NCBI GenBank assembly: GCA_028534125.1 | Contig: CM052824.1 | Location: 23,932,001 to 23,996,000 of the forward strand | From: Lama glama | Lineage: Eukaryota | DNA: 64,000 nucleotides | Reading direction: 5' to 3' | In this document: positions 1 to 11,388 of the stretch, piece by piece | How positions within the stretch are numbered: the stretch's first letter is position 1 | How the letters are laid out: the number at the start of each line of letters is the position of its first letter | Translations under genes and position numbers: made by a program | Notes under the pieces: model-generated | The model's database searches: none | What the model saw: only the letters and a program-made list of their open reading frames with translations | What the model was told of the DNA's origin: nothing

Positions 1-827
1 TAGGGAATGCTTCTCTCATCTTTCCCTGGAATGGCAGTTCAGAAATCTAAAATGAAGACAAATGAGCATAACTGAAGGTGGATAAAGCCCTTCCCTAGTC
101 CTGATAACCTAGCATCGAAACTCTTAGACGCTGACTTTGCCCCCACCGCTCTGCAGACTCAGGTTTCCATAGCCCATGGCCAAGAGCTCTTTCAAGCCAA
201 TGATTTACTTCAGCCAAGCGGAATTAGGGTGACCAGCTGGTAAAACTATTTTGAGAAGGACTGAATTGATTCTCATGACACGAGGTGTTATAAGACTTAT
301 AACAAGTTTATAGACCTCCATGGAAATCCAAGTCATTTTTCTTATCACTCATTTGAAGGTTTTAAGGTGAACAGTATATGGAGGTGGTTATTTGGCAAAT
401 AAGGGACATCTGGGCTGTAGTCAAGTAAACTAGCTGATGAAGGGGGAGGGGAGACTTGAAAGGATTTCAGAAAGTGCTTGGGTGGGTTTCCTAGAACAGT
501 CACAGTAACTAAACGTTCAAAGCTCTTTACCGCTACTTGATGAGACTCTAGAAAGCAGCATGGAAATAGTTCTAATCATCTAGGGTGGCTACATATTTCA
601 CATATCTAGTACTGAGTACTGCACTTCCCAGGAGCAAGTCACGGAGAAATAGTTCTCTGCCTGAACTTGATGTAAATAACTAGCTCTTGATTGTATGAAA
701 AGACTTCAACAGTTCAGGTTAAAGCAACTTGGGGAAGCAATGAGCATCAGTTGGGTTTCAGAGGCTGGGCAGTACTTAACTGGAACACAGATCAGGTGTG
801 AAGAAAGACTGACAATGGTAGGAATGA

Positions 828-920
828 GTACGGCGGGGACGGGCAATTTGAAATTCACTTTAACAGGCGAAAGACAAACGATCTGAAAAACCAGATTATT
901 GGCAACGGTTATTTAAAGCT
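828..920. promoter_or_regulatory. Candidate promoter: MYB site, CCAAT box, CHR-like TTTGAA and TATA-like element
   Basis: CAACGGTTA at 903-911 (MYB core YAACGG); ATTGG at 898-902; TTTGAA at ~847-852 downstream of GGCGGGGACGGG; TATTTAAAG at 910-918; several CpGs at 830-881. Motif-only support. Confidence 0.25.
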
Positions 921-1838
921 GAGTCCTAAAATCTGTCTTCACCTTAAGGTAGTAAAATGCTTTCATCTCTGTTCTTCGAATCTTGGGCCTACTTTATTTT
1001 CATTGCAGCTGGCTCCAGCCTAGAAGCTAGCCACGTTGATCTGAGTATGCAACCTGTGCGTCCTCAGGTCAACTTGTTTTTTTTGTCTCTGCTTATGAAG
1101 CTTTTCTGCCACCTTTTCCTGATATCCTCCTATCTTGCATCCAATTCTAACATGGCTGCTTCTTCAGCCTTCCTGTGGTAGTGGAAGAGTGTGGGTTTAT
1201 AAATTGGATCTTAGTGCAACTCAGAAGTACTGGTGGGTTAATCTCAGACTCTCATCACATCTGCCAACTATTAAGCAAGTTGAATTCTGTCATGATGAGG
1301 AACTCCTTCTCTGCATCAGATGCTCAAAACTGGTGTTTCTGTTCAGTTTAGTTACCCGAAACTTCTCACGTTGGGTTTCAGAGAAAGATCCCCAAATACT
1401 TAAGGATAAGCATTTGTGTTGTAATGCTGATGCCTGAAGGAGGCATTCCTGGCACAAGCAAGCAGAACGGGTCTATGACAATCTGATAACTATTTGTGTT
1501 ACATCACTGAATACAACGAATCTAGTAACTGCCTCAAAATGTGCAAAACATCCCCACATTCCAGAACCCGTTAGCAGCTCGCTGGCTAACTTTACTCCTG
1601 CACACCTGTCTAAGCTTCCCTACTGAGCTGAATTTGGGGAAACAACTCAAGAAACCCACCCTACTGTTCAGCTAACAGATGAGCAGCAGGCCCACTGAAC
1701 TTGAGGGCAAGATCTATCCTAGCTTTGGCTGTTCGACCAGCGTATAGCAAAGAGCAAGAGGACGTACCTCCAACATCCTCACATGGTTTGGGGCCTCTTT
1801 TTGTTGTAATAGTCTAAGAATAAAAATGGCTGACACCA

Positions 1839-2005
1839 GGGGGGAGGGTATAGCTCAAGTGGTAGAGCGCATGCTTAGCATGCGTGCAGTCCTGGGTTCA
1901 ATCCCCAGTACCTCCTCTAAAATAAATACATAAACCTAATTATACCTCCCCCCACCAAAAACAAAAAAACAAGATTAAAAAAGCCCAATTGAAAAAAAAA
2001 AAAAA
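1839..2005 (+). mobile_element. tRNA-derived SINE (camelid Vic-1 type)
   Basis: GGGGAGGGTATAGCTCAAGTGGTAGAGCGCATGCTTAGCATG...GGGTTCAATCCCCAG head with A and B boxes; A-rich tail; near-perfect TSD AAAATGGCTGACAC / AAAAGGCCGACAC. Confidence 0.9.
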
Positions 2006-2689
2006 GGCCGACACAAAATATAGTAAGACTATTCAAATGTGTCTAAACTAGAGATCCAAGCCAAGTAAGCACCTGCTCTTTTCCTCCCGTGGGACCAGCA
2101 GCTGTCTGATACTATTATCCTTCAAAGAATCTCAGGAGAACAAATTCTCTACAGATGATTAAACACAAGCATGCCCAGTCAAGATGCCAAGAGCCGTGTA
2201 CAGGGAATGTACTTGGCAATTTACTGTCAAATACCATGTAATTGTCGTCTTCCCGTTGAAGACGCAGCTCTGGGCCTGTACTACAGGACTGACTTTTCTC
2301 ACTATTAGAACTTAGTCTCTCGGGGTCTGGAGGGAAGATACTGTCTAACCAAGAGTGATATCCTAGGATCCTAAGTCAGGAGGTGGCTCCCCTAAAGCAG
2401 AAGCCAGTGTTCAACGTGGGCAGAGGTTTATTGAGCTCCTAGTCCATCTGGCTCCAAGCTCAAAACAGGCTATTCTCGTAATGGGAGATGTGTAACATAA
2501 CCCGTCTTGGTGGAGGAATTTCTCTTAAACCTTCCTATAACAAATGATTTTGTGGATGAATCTTACTTTGTCCTGGATGGGGGAGTGCCTTTAAAGGTTC
2601 GGGTAGTGGCCCCAAACCAAAAGTCTCCCATCAAGTAAGGAGCTTGGAAGTGGTCACTCCACGCACATGACTAGGAAAATGGAACAAAC

Positions 2690-5430
2690 TGAAAATTGGG
2701 AACTATTGATAAACTCCCAAAAGAAAACTGAGGTCATAGGGCAAATTGTTGCTCCCAAAATGGAAAGACAGGCAGATATAGAGAACAGCTTTCTCGAGCA
2801 GAAACCTTCACAGGACCCTGTACTGGAGTAGGGAAACTAAACTGGAACTGGGGACTGCTGGGATGGACAAGTTTGAATTAAAAGGGGGCCCAGTTCTAGA
2901 GGCCCCACACTTGAGTTTTATCCCCAGAGCCCTATCAGGTTCTCCCAGTGAAGGCAGAAAAGTCCCACAATCTTTGAGGGGTGGGGTTGGATAGTAATCA
3001 CCTTGATACATGCCAGTGTTCTGTTCTTAACAAGGTCTGCCTTCAATTTGCCAGAGCCTGACCAACAAGGAGGTAGGGAAATACTCAACTCCAGCCCCAT
3101 CCAGCCTTCCTGCCCCCCAAAAGGGGAAGTGGTGGGGGGACATGTGAGGATCACAGCCCAAGGGCGCAGGCTCACTAAAAACCGGACCTAGTCGTAGGAC
3201 CACAGAAATCAAGAATGCTTCCTCTTCCCTCACAATGTAGCCACCACATCATTGTCCCCTATGTAGCAGCAGAGGGACACAACTGAATACTACACGCCTC
3301 AGAACTTAAGTCTCTAGGGAATTCTAAAGACACCAGGAGATGAAGACACCAGAGGAAAACTTAGCCTCTGACACACAGTTACAGCAAACAGTAAACACAG
3401 TGTAACCCCTAGCCAGACAGATACATAATCTCACATTAAAGGCACGTTCACCTCAGTTTCTGTTATCCAGTTCCTAATATTGAGCTTTCAACAAAAAAAA
3501 TTACAAGGCAAACTAAGAAGAGTCTAGAGAGAAAATAACAGAACTGGACTCAGATATGATATAATTTAAACAGGTGGGGGATTTAAAACTGATATGCTAA
3601 AGGCTCTAAGTGGTCAGCAAGTTTAAAAAGAAAACAGATTAAAAGAAAATGCTAAAAAATACCCAAAAAACTAAAAGAAATAACAACTTGGGGCTATCAG
3701 GAGACAAGACATGACTCAAGAACCAGTGAGCTTGAAATGTCAATAGAAACTTCCAAAACTGAAATAACAAAGAGAAAAGTGAAAGGACAGAATAGAGTCT
3801 CTCAACTTCAGGACAATTACAGACAGTGGACAACTACAGGTAGTGTAACGTACACACAATAGCAATACTAGAAGAAGGGAACAAATATTTGAAACAACAA
3901 TGCCAGTTTTCCCAAATTAATGCTAGACCTCAAACCACAGATAAGGGGACTCGGGACATCAAGCAGGACAAATACCAAAGTAACATCTAGGCACATACGC
4001 AAACCATAAGACAATATTGAAGCCCGGGGGATAAAACATACTTTCCCTATAGAGAAGCAAGGCTAATTGTTGCTTTGGACTTCTCAGAAACCACGCAAAG
4101 AGTGAAACCCTTAAGGTGTTGGAAGGGAAGACAGCCTAGAATTCCATATCCAGTGGAGTTATGCCTCAAAAGTGGAGAAAGACAAACTCGATCTGTTGCC
4201 AGTAGACCTGACTTGAAAGACGTTAAAAGAATTCAGAAGAGGCCAAAATTCAGATATATGACAGCATTAGAAAGTGAGAATCTAATAGAATAGACTGTTC
4301 AAAACATTTGACAACTCTAACTTACCAGTGAAATGAATGACAGGAATGAGACAGGAGGGAATAATCAGAAGCACACTACCCATGAAGTAGTGTGATGCTC
4401 CTTAAGAGTGGGATCTGTTAAATGCATACTGCAATCACGAGCAACCACTAAGATCAGAAATACAGCATACTAAGAATGCAATAGTATAGGATGTTCACCC
4501 AAAACCAGGGAAGGAAGAGTGGAATATAAAAATGAAAGAAAGGCAACCAATTAGTACAAAACAGTACTGATGATCAATTTATCACTTACCTTAAATGGCA
4601 ATTGTCTAAAAAAAGACTGTCAAAGTGGATCAAAAAGACAACCCTATGTCAGTAATAAAAAAGAAAACACACAACAACTAAATTTGAATATATAGTTCAA
4701 ACACTAAGGGACAAGGAAAGACCCATGTTAACACTAATCAGAAGTGAACTTTAAAAGTAGCTGTGCTCACGCAAAGTCGACTGTAGAGCTGGAAAAAACT
4801 CAAAAGGGGGCATTGCATAACAAAGGAGTCAATTTTTTAAAGACTAACGAATCATTAATGTGCATGTGCCTAACAGAGCATCATAATGCAAGAAGCATCA
4901 AAACGCAAGGTGCAAAAGCCAATAGAAATGCAAGGAAAAATGGATTTCTCTGCTATTTGGAGACTTCAGCATTCCCTCTGTGGGTAACTGACAGATCCAG
5001 CAGGCAGAAAATCAGTAAGGACACAGTTGAGTTGAACAGCTTTGTCAGTCAACTGAACCCAGTTGACATCTATAAAATACCTAATCCGACACCACCAGAA
5101 TACACTCTTTCAAGCTCATGCACAGCATTAAGGCTACATTCAGGGTTTAAAAAAAAAAAAAAACCTTAACAAATTTAAGATAGAAATTATACAAAGTGTG
5201 CTCTCAGCACAATGGAATTAAAGGAAATAGCAATCAACAAAAAGCTGGAGGACATCAGTACTTGCAGATTAAACACTTCTAAACAGATGCGTCAAAGACG
5301 ATTTTTAAATTTCAAACTAAATTAAAATACAGCTTAACAAAATTTGTGGAATACAGCAAAAGCAGTGCTTAGAGCGAAATGTACAGTATTGTATGCATAT
5401 TATTAAAGGTCTAAAACCTCCCATTTTACC
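2690..5430 (+). mobile_element. Ancient L1 (L1MC/L1MD-like) 5' part: 5' region, ORF1, inter-ORF and start of ORF2 endonuclease, degenerate
   Basis: A-rich sense strand; typical ORF1 start CACCTCAGTTTC...CTTTCAACAAAAAAATTACAAGGC; ORF 4075 resembles ORF1 C-terminus (QPRIPYPVELCLK); ORF 4744 contains DRSSRQKISKDTVELNS...DIYK...EYTLSSS (L1 endonuclease). Confidence 0.85.
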
Positions 5431-5510
5431 TTTTACTGAGTTTCTTGCTAAGCAGTGCTTATAGAGGATACCCATTTTTATGGCAGTTGTTTGCCAAGAG
5501 TATCTTTATC

Positions 5511-5844
5511 TTCTTAACATTTTTTGATTTATAATCATTTTACAATGTTGTATCAAATTCCAGTGTAGAGCACAATTTTTCAGTTATACATGAACATATA
5601 TATAGTCACATTTTTTTCTCTGAGCTACCATAAGGTCTTGTATATATTTCCCTGTGCTATACAGTATGATTTTGTTTATCTGTTCTACAATTTTGAAATC
5701 CCAGTCTGTCCCTTCCCACCCCCTGCCCCCTTGGCAACCACAAGTTTGTATTCTCTGTCCATGAGTCTATTTCTGTTTTGTATTTATGCTTTTTTTTTTG
5801 ATTCCACATATGAGCGATCTCATATGGTATTCTCTCTCTTTCTG
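5511..5844 (-). mobile_element. Young camelid-type L1 3' end, 5'-truncated
   Basis: Antisense L1 3'UTR (TTTATAATCATTTTACAATGTTG...TTCCCTGTGCTATACAG...GGCAACCACAAGTTTG...GATTCCACATATGAGCG); highly similar to 27683-27898. Confidence 0.9.
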
Positions 5845-6299
5845 CCTAGGAAGAGCATACTCTGAACATGTGGGATTTAGAAGAGGGATCAGCTAGAGTC
5901 TGATCCATGAGGGTCCCTCGAAAGCGATCTGAGTGGTGTGCTCCTCTCCAGCCACTGCAGTCCACCTTCTGTGCTGCATGCGTTCACTTCAGTTCAGGGA
6001 GGAGGGTCCTCCACGCCTAGGAGTGACTCCTAAAGAGGAACAAAGGAAGTGTCACAGGATGAACTACAGCCCCCTTCACTGCGGTTGACATCAGGGCAAT
6101 AAGTAATCCTCAGCTTCCTTTCTCCACTGTCCTCCCTGAATTCCCCTTGCCTCAGCTACCATGTCTGCAGGTCTTGGCTTACCTGCTGGAAGGTATGGAA
6201 TTTCCAAACTGATTCCTGAGGAGTCTAATGTCTTGGTGGGCTCTCCTGTAAGTGGGGGTAGCTGTGGGTTTCCATTAAGTTCCAGCACTTTCAACTCCA

Positions 6300-6460
6300 A
6301 GTACTTGAAACCTGGCTCTGACAATCTGACAGTTGTTAATCATGTGGCATTTGGTAACTTACCTCTTCAGTTCTCCCATCAATAGAAGGGGATACTGCCC
6401 TCTTAAGGGGTGTCTGTGCGAGTATCGAGTGAGAATATAGATAAATTATCACCCATCAAA
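6300..6460 (+). mobile_element. MIR fragment
   Basis: AAACCTGGCTCTG...CCTCTTCAGTTCTCCCATCAATAGAAGGGGATA resembles the MIR core. Confidence 0.6.
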
Positions 6461-6905
6461 ATGTTAGTCTCCCAACACATTATGGAGATCTGTGTATTCT
6501 AAGCACTGTTATCCTAGACCTTTGCTTTGATCCTTGCTAGCCTATACCAATCTCCTCTGTCTATCTGGACTTGTTTGGATAATTGACTCCAACTGGGGGT
6601 TTTCTAGAGGCAGGTGCAAGCTAGGAGATGATCCCATGCCTTTGGCGAAAGGTTCCTACCTCACAAGGCTGTACTCACTGCACATGGAAAGGGAAGTCAG
6701 CTCTTTAAGTGCGTAGCATAGCCTTGGTCCCATTGGGCCCATGAACTCCTAACTTGGCTGTGATGAACTCATTCTGGTGTTTGTGCTTAACTAGAGCTCA
6801 CCTATCTGGATACTGTCTCTAAAGTCCATCTCTTTTTCTGTGTAGGGTAACTGAGTCTTTGAATTAACAAGAATTTCTAAAGCAAACTGAAATGATTAGC
6901 CCTAC

Positions 6906-6908
<3 letters not shown>

Positions 6909-6948
<40 letters not shown>
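6909..6948 (+). repeat. (TG)20 microsatellite
   Basis: Perfect dinucleotide run. Confidence 0.98.
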
Positions 6949-6952
<4 letters not shown>

Positions 6953-7297
6953 GTAAAGACTGCCAATCAGTGGTCACCAAAGTTGGGAGAACTTAACTTG
7001 GTCTTCAGTAACTTGTAATGAGCTATGAAGATTTTTAAATCTAAGTTTGAGCCTTACCAGGCGTTCAGATCTGAGCATGCTTTGCCACGTACAATTTTGC
7101 AAGCTCAGGTTGAGGGTGAGGGGAAAGAGGCTTATCTCAAAGAACGTGCCATAGATTAAAAAGCACAAATGCCTTGAAGGAACCCTCAAGGTGCCCAATG
7201 TCTTCCTGAGTCAATCTGCACACATCACAGCCTGTTTGTGGTCTCACGTGCCTTGGCTCTGGCAGAAAATATTTGCTCACTCTTAGTTTTAGTGTTT

Positions 7298-7422
7298 ATC
7301 CATTTATACTCCCACAAAACACTGTGGGAAGGTGTGAAAAGGACTTCCCATATCCCACATCCTCACTATCACTTGGTTCTGTTTGACTTTTTGCTAATCT
7401 TGTGGGTGTGAAATGGTATCAC
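7298..7422 (-). mobile_element. Old L1 ORF2 3' fragment
   Basis: CATTTATACTCCCAC...CCACATCCTCAC...TTTGCTAATCTTGTGGGTGTGAAATGGTATC is typical antisense L1M. Confidence 0.7.
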
Positions 7423-8064
7423 ACTCAAGGGCCTTAAAGTTCATTCCTAAAAACAGACTATGGGTGAAATCACAGTGTGGTTGCTGCAAATGGTGTGACT
7501 TTCAAGAACGGTAACTTAATTTCTGAGAATTTCCCACGTAACAATGTGCAACCTTCAACTTACAGTAGTTGAGTTCCTGGAAAACTCTGCATGTATTAAA
7601 CCAAGCCGAAAACACTATGCGAGGTGCAGTTAGAGTTGACTCAGACAGCTGGTTTTCTTCACTTGCTTGAAGGTAACGCATGCCTCCATGTTTCCGGGAC
7701 TTCTACTGTCTATGCCTGCCTCACTGAGAATCAACGCTCGAAGGTGCACTGTGTGCCAGTGTAACTGTTGATATCCGGGTACAACACTAACCTACTTTAG
7801 GAAGTTACTTGTTTCTTCTCAAATATGCCTGATCATCTTGAGAATCTCTTTCCTTTGGACATAAATGTAAAGAGTGCCAAAAGATCTCATTTCAATCTTA
7901 TTTCAGTAGACTTTCTATACCTGATTCTGTGTACTTTGTTTTTGCTGCTATCCGTTAGTCATGGTGTTGCTCTTGGCATTTTCAAAGCTTTATCTTCAAA
8001 ATATTTCCACTTCAAAATATGAAGTCTGTTTCAGAATGGTCCAAGTCATATCTGCATTTGCTTC

Positions 8065-8468
8065 TGTTAGGGATCTAGGACAAAAATAAAAGCAAGCCAC
8101 TTCATGGGAAAAAAATTTGCTGGTGCTTATTAAAGGACTTATAGATATAGCATAAGTCACAAAGAATAAGACCGCTCCTATTCAATAGTATTGAATGTGG
8201 AGAAAGTAAATTGCAAATAAAACTGTAAAAAAAAAATTTACTCCCTAAAAGTAATATTATCACCATAAAGGACATCATGTTGATGAAAGACTTGCTCTGT
8301 ACGGGCATAACTGACCAGAAACATCTTTGAAGAACATGTACAATAATACACTGTTTGTCACAAAAATACGTAAAACTACATCTTATCTCTTGAGCAATAG
8401 AACTTCTGAGACTTTTTTCCCCTAGGTTATAATCCTCAGTTTGGCTTGAATAAAATTCTCTTTCCTTA
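8065..8468 (+). mobile_element. ERV1-type solo LTR, 3' end lost at the SINE insertion
   Basis: TGTTAGGG start; GACCAGAAACATCTTTG; GGTTATAATCCTCAGTTTGGCTTGAATAAAATTCTC with polyA signal at 8449-8454. Confidence 0.65.
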
Positions 8469-8482
8469 AAAAAAAAAAAAGT

Positions 8483-8617
8483 GGGAGAGGGTATAGCTCA
8501 AGTGGCAGAGCGCATGTATAGCATGCACAAGGTCCTGGGTTCAATCCCCAGTACCTCTAAAAATAAACCTAATTACCTCCCTCCCCACGCCAAAAAAAAA
8601 AACCCACAAAAAACAAA
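8483..8617 (+). mobile_element. tRNA-derived SINE (camelid Vic-1 type)
   Basis: Same head and AAACCTAATTACCTCCC body as 1839-2005; A-rich tail. Confidence 0.9.
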
Positions 8618-10807
8618 GTAATACTATGCAATTTTCAAGGATGAAAATGTATAGAGTATCAGCACAGAGATGGGAAGGACTAACTTCGGGATTGCTTGTC
8701 TCTGGGGAAGGGAGTACACAGAATGAGATGGCACACTTGTCTAAACTATCATTTTTAAAAATCTAAAATTCAATATCAACATTATTTAGAGATTTTTAAG
8801 TAGATTTTTATTTGTAAACATAACTAAATTCTTTAGCTATCTTTGAGATCAGCTGGGTCAAAGTTCAGAATGAATCCATGCCTTCAAAACCGCCAACTGC
8901 ATCCTACCCTTGACTATAGTCACTGACAATCATGCAAACATAGTTAACAGATTTTGAACAGCAAACTTTGATTTACTCCATCTGGACAGAAAGCAGACCT
9001 GGACTGGGCCTGTAGCTTGAAGTCTCAGCTGTTTAGGAGGTTCAGAAACGCAGGCAAAGATCAGCATGGGATCAGGTCATCTGTCACAGTCCACATCCAA
9101 GTGGGTTTTTAGTTCAGAGTGTTGAGTGCTTAGTGTCCAGAATGGAGTTGGCCTCTGGAACAAGGGAGTGGACTAGAATCTGGGAGGCACTAGGGAAGGG
9201 GGGGGGTTGGAGAAGGAGCCCAGAAGACCTGGTGTTACCTATATGTACACAAGAAGCTACAGATGTTTCTACAGTGTTAACTCTACCCCAGATTGTCATT
9301 GGGGGGTTACCTGTCAGTGACAGGGAAAAACAACACTGCAGGCTGGATGTTGCCAAGGGGCAACTCTAGACTGGAGTTTAGACTCAGGCTAGACTCACTG
9401 GCTGGAACTCTGATCACTGCCTTTTTCCTTGGAAGATGTGAATCAGACTAAGTTGGAGAAGATGCATGAGAGCTGGTAGGATAGTGAGAACCATTCAGAA
9501 GTCTGGCTGGCATCTGTGACCCTGACCAGGAGTTACAGAACTGCTGCTTCCCACCAGCCACACGGCTTCACATCTGGGTACTGGCCAGCAGTTTCCACTA
9601 CACAGTCTTCCCCAAATGCCTCCAACATGGCTCGCTAGGAGTCAGCCTTTCTTACCATGAGCTCCTCCCATATTGGAAGCCATGGCTTTCATCATGGGCT
9701 GGCACCTGTCCCACCATGCTCCAAAGATCGTCATTTTTCCTGCATCTTCTCATGCAATGAGGTAGTTCTCAGGGTATTCCAAAAAATGGCCACCCTCTGA
9801 AACCACATGGTTACTGCCAGTGGAGGTCTCTTTTCCAAGGAGTGGTACCTGGCTTAGAGACGGTAGTGATGACATACCAAGCTGCCTGTGCCATCTTTCC
9901 CTGAATCCACCCCAGGTCAACTCAATTTTCTACTTGTGGCTGCTTTTGACAGTTAATTTTAGCCCCAAATCACTACCACCCATGCTAAGGGAGGCAGGTT
10001 CCCTTTCCTACTTAACGAAAGCTGGCTTTCTTCTCACTAAATGTTTTGTGGTGGTTTCAGGTTTGATCTGATTGAACTTCCAAACTTTGTATGGACTCTA
10101 GATGTCTCAGGATTCTTCCCTGTGCAGCTTTCATATGAACTAAAACTTGGGTCAACAGGACCTCACTAGGAACTCCCAGAGCAGATCCTTGCTCTGACAT
10201 TTATTTCAATGTAGTTGTCCTCAGTCTAGCTCTGAGCCTTAAGTAAATGTGCTCAATATTTTGGATGTGTCTAATTTTTACTAGATTTTAATTTCCTTCT
10301 GATAGACTTTTTGGTTTACTAGATGTCTCTTGCTTTACTCCTAAGTCACTTTGATATTTTTCTGAGCTCCTTGATAATTCTCACCACTATTTCCCCCTCA
10401 CTTCTACTGAAATTTTAAGGTCCAGTCACATTAAGAGTTTTATCCTCCAATGTGGATTTTACTAATATACAGGCATTTAACATTCTGCTATCCTGTACTT
10501 TCCACTGAGCAAGAAAGTGTCCTCTCTTGGGAGAATCTTCTTGTTCTTGTCTCCCTTAGATTCTCTCCAAGGGAATTTAACACTGTAAATGAATCTTACT
10601 TCTGTTAGAAGCTCCCTAAGTACCCCTTCGGCCAGGCATTAGTGATGTATCAGGTAATGATGGACAGAAATCGTTGAGTTTTCATGAGTACGTGGAAGAA
10701 CACCGGACTGGTAAAGGAGGATTGTGTTGAAGGGTGGAGAGAAGTCTTTGTTCTCATTTTTCTAAAGTGAACAGGAAGGTTTGCCCTATTCTTGTCATAG
10801 GGAATAA

Positions 10808-11130
10808 GTGTCATATGGTTTCTCAAAGTGCATCTCAGATGTGAATTTAATTGCAAGTAGTTTACTTGGGAGATGTGGGAAAGCTGGTCGAACAGGGAAG
10901 TGAAATGTGGAGAGGAAGGCATCCAGTAACGGTGTGTTATGCCAGCCACCACTGGAAACTAACCTAAGAAAACCGCAGAAAGGTAAAATATGCCTAGGAA
11001 TTCTTGTACCTGAGGTGCAAAAGGAGCTAGTGTATTTTCCACATGAACCTCTCAGTTCCTGGGTGGGGGGGGGGTCATGTGGGAGGCTTCTAGCAGATGA
11101 GTGAACAACAAGCCCAGGGGTACGCTCCTC
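10808..11130 (-). mobile_element. ERVL-class LTR (LTR41-like)
   Basis: TGCAAGTAGTTTACTTGGGAG...GGGAAGTGAAA...GAAGGCATCCAGTAACGGTGTGTTAT matches recalled antisense LTR41 layout. Confidence 0.6.
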
Positions 11131-11194
11131 TGAGGACAGACCCCAGCAGTGATCCACTATGGTGACGGTACGCCGTGCGATCATTGTCACCCTA

Positions 11195-11388
11195 GGATGG
11201 ACTGAGCTAACAGGCCGTGAAGCTTTGTGTAGGGCTGGCAGAGACCGTTAGGTTAGCATGGTGTTCTGAGGGCTCCCCATGCCCAGTCCAGCTTCTTTCC
11301 CTCTTATTCACAGGCGTTACTCCCCAATAAATCTTCTGCAAGCATCTCTCTTTAAATATTTGCTTCTGGAAGAGCCCAATTTGTAACA
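11195..11388 (+). mobile_element. ERVL-class LTR 3' half (LTR16/LTR33-like)
   Basis: TTCACAGGCGTTACTCCCCAATAAATCTTCTGCA (AATAAA 11326-11331)...TGCTTCTGGAAGAGCCCAATTTGTAACA terminus. Confidence 0.7.

Noticed and set aside
1839-1912. tRNA gene (also at 8483)
   Set aside because: The tRNA-like head is followed by a SINE body and A-tail (with a clear TSD at the first copy); these are SINEs.
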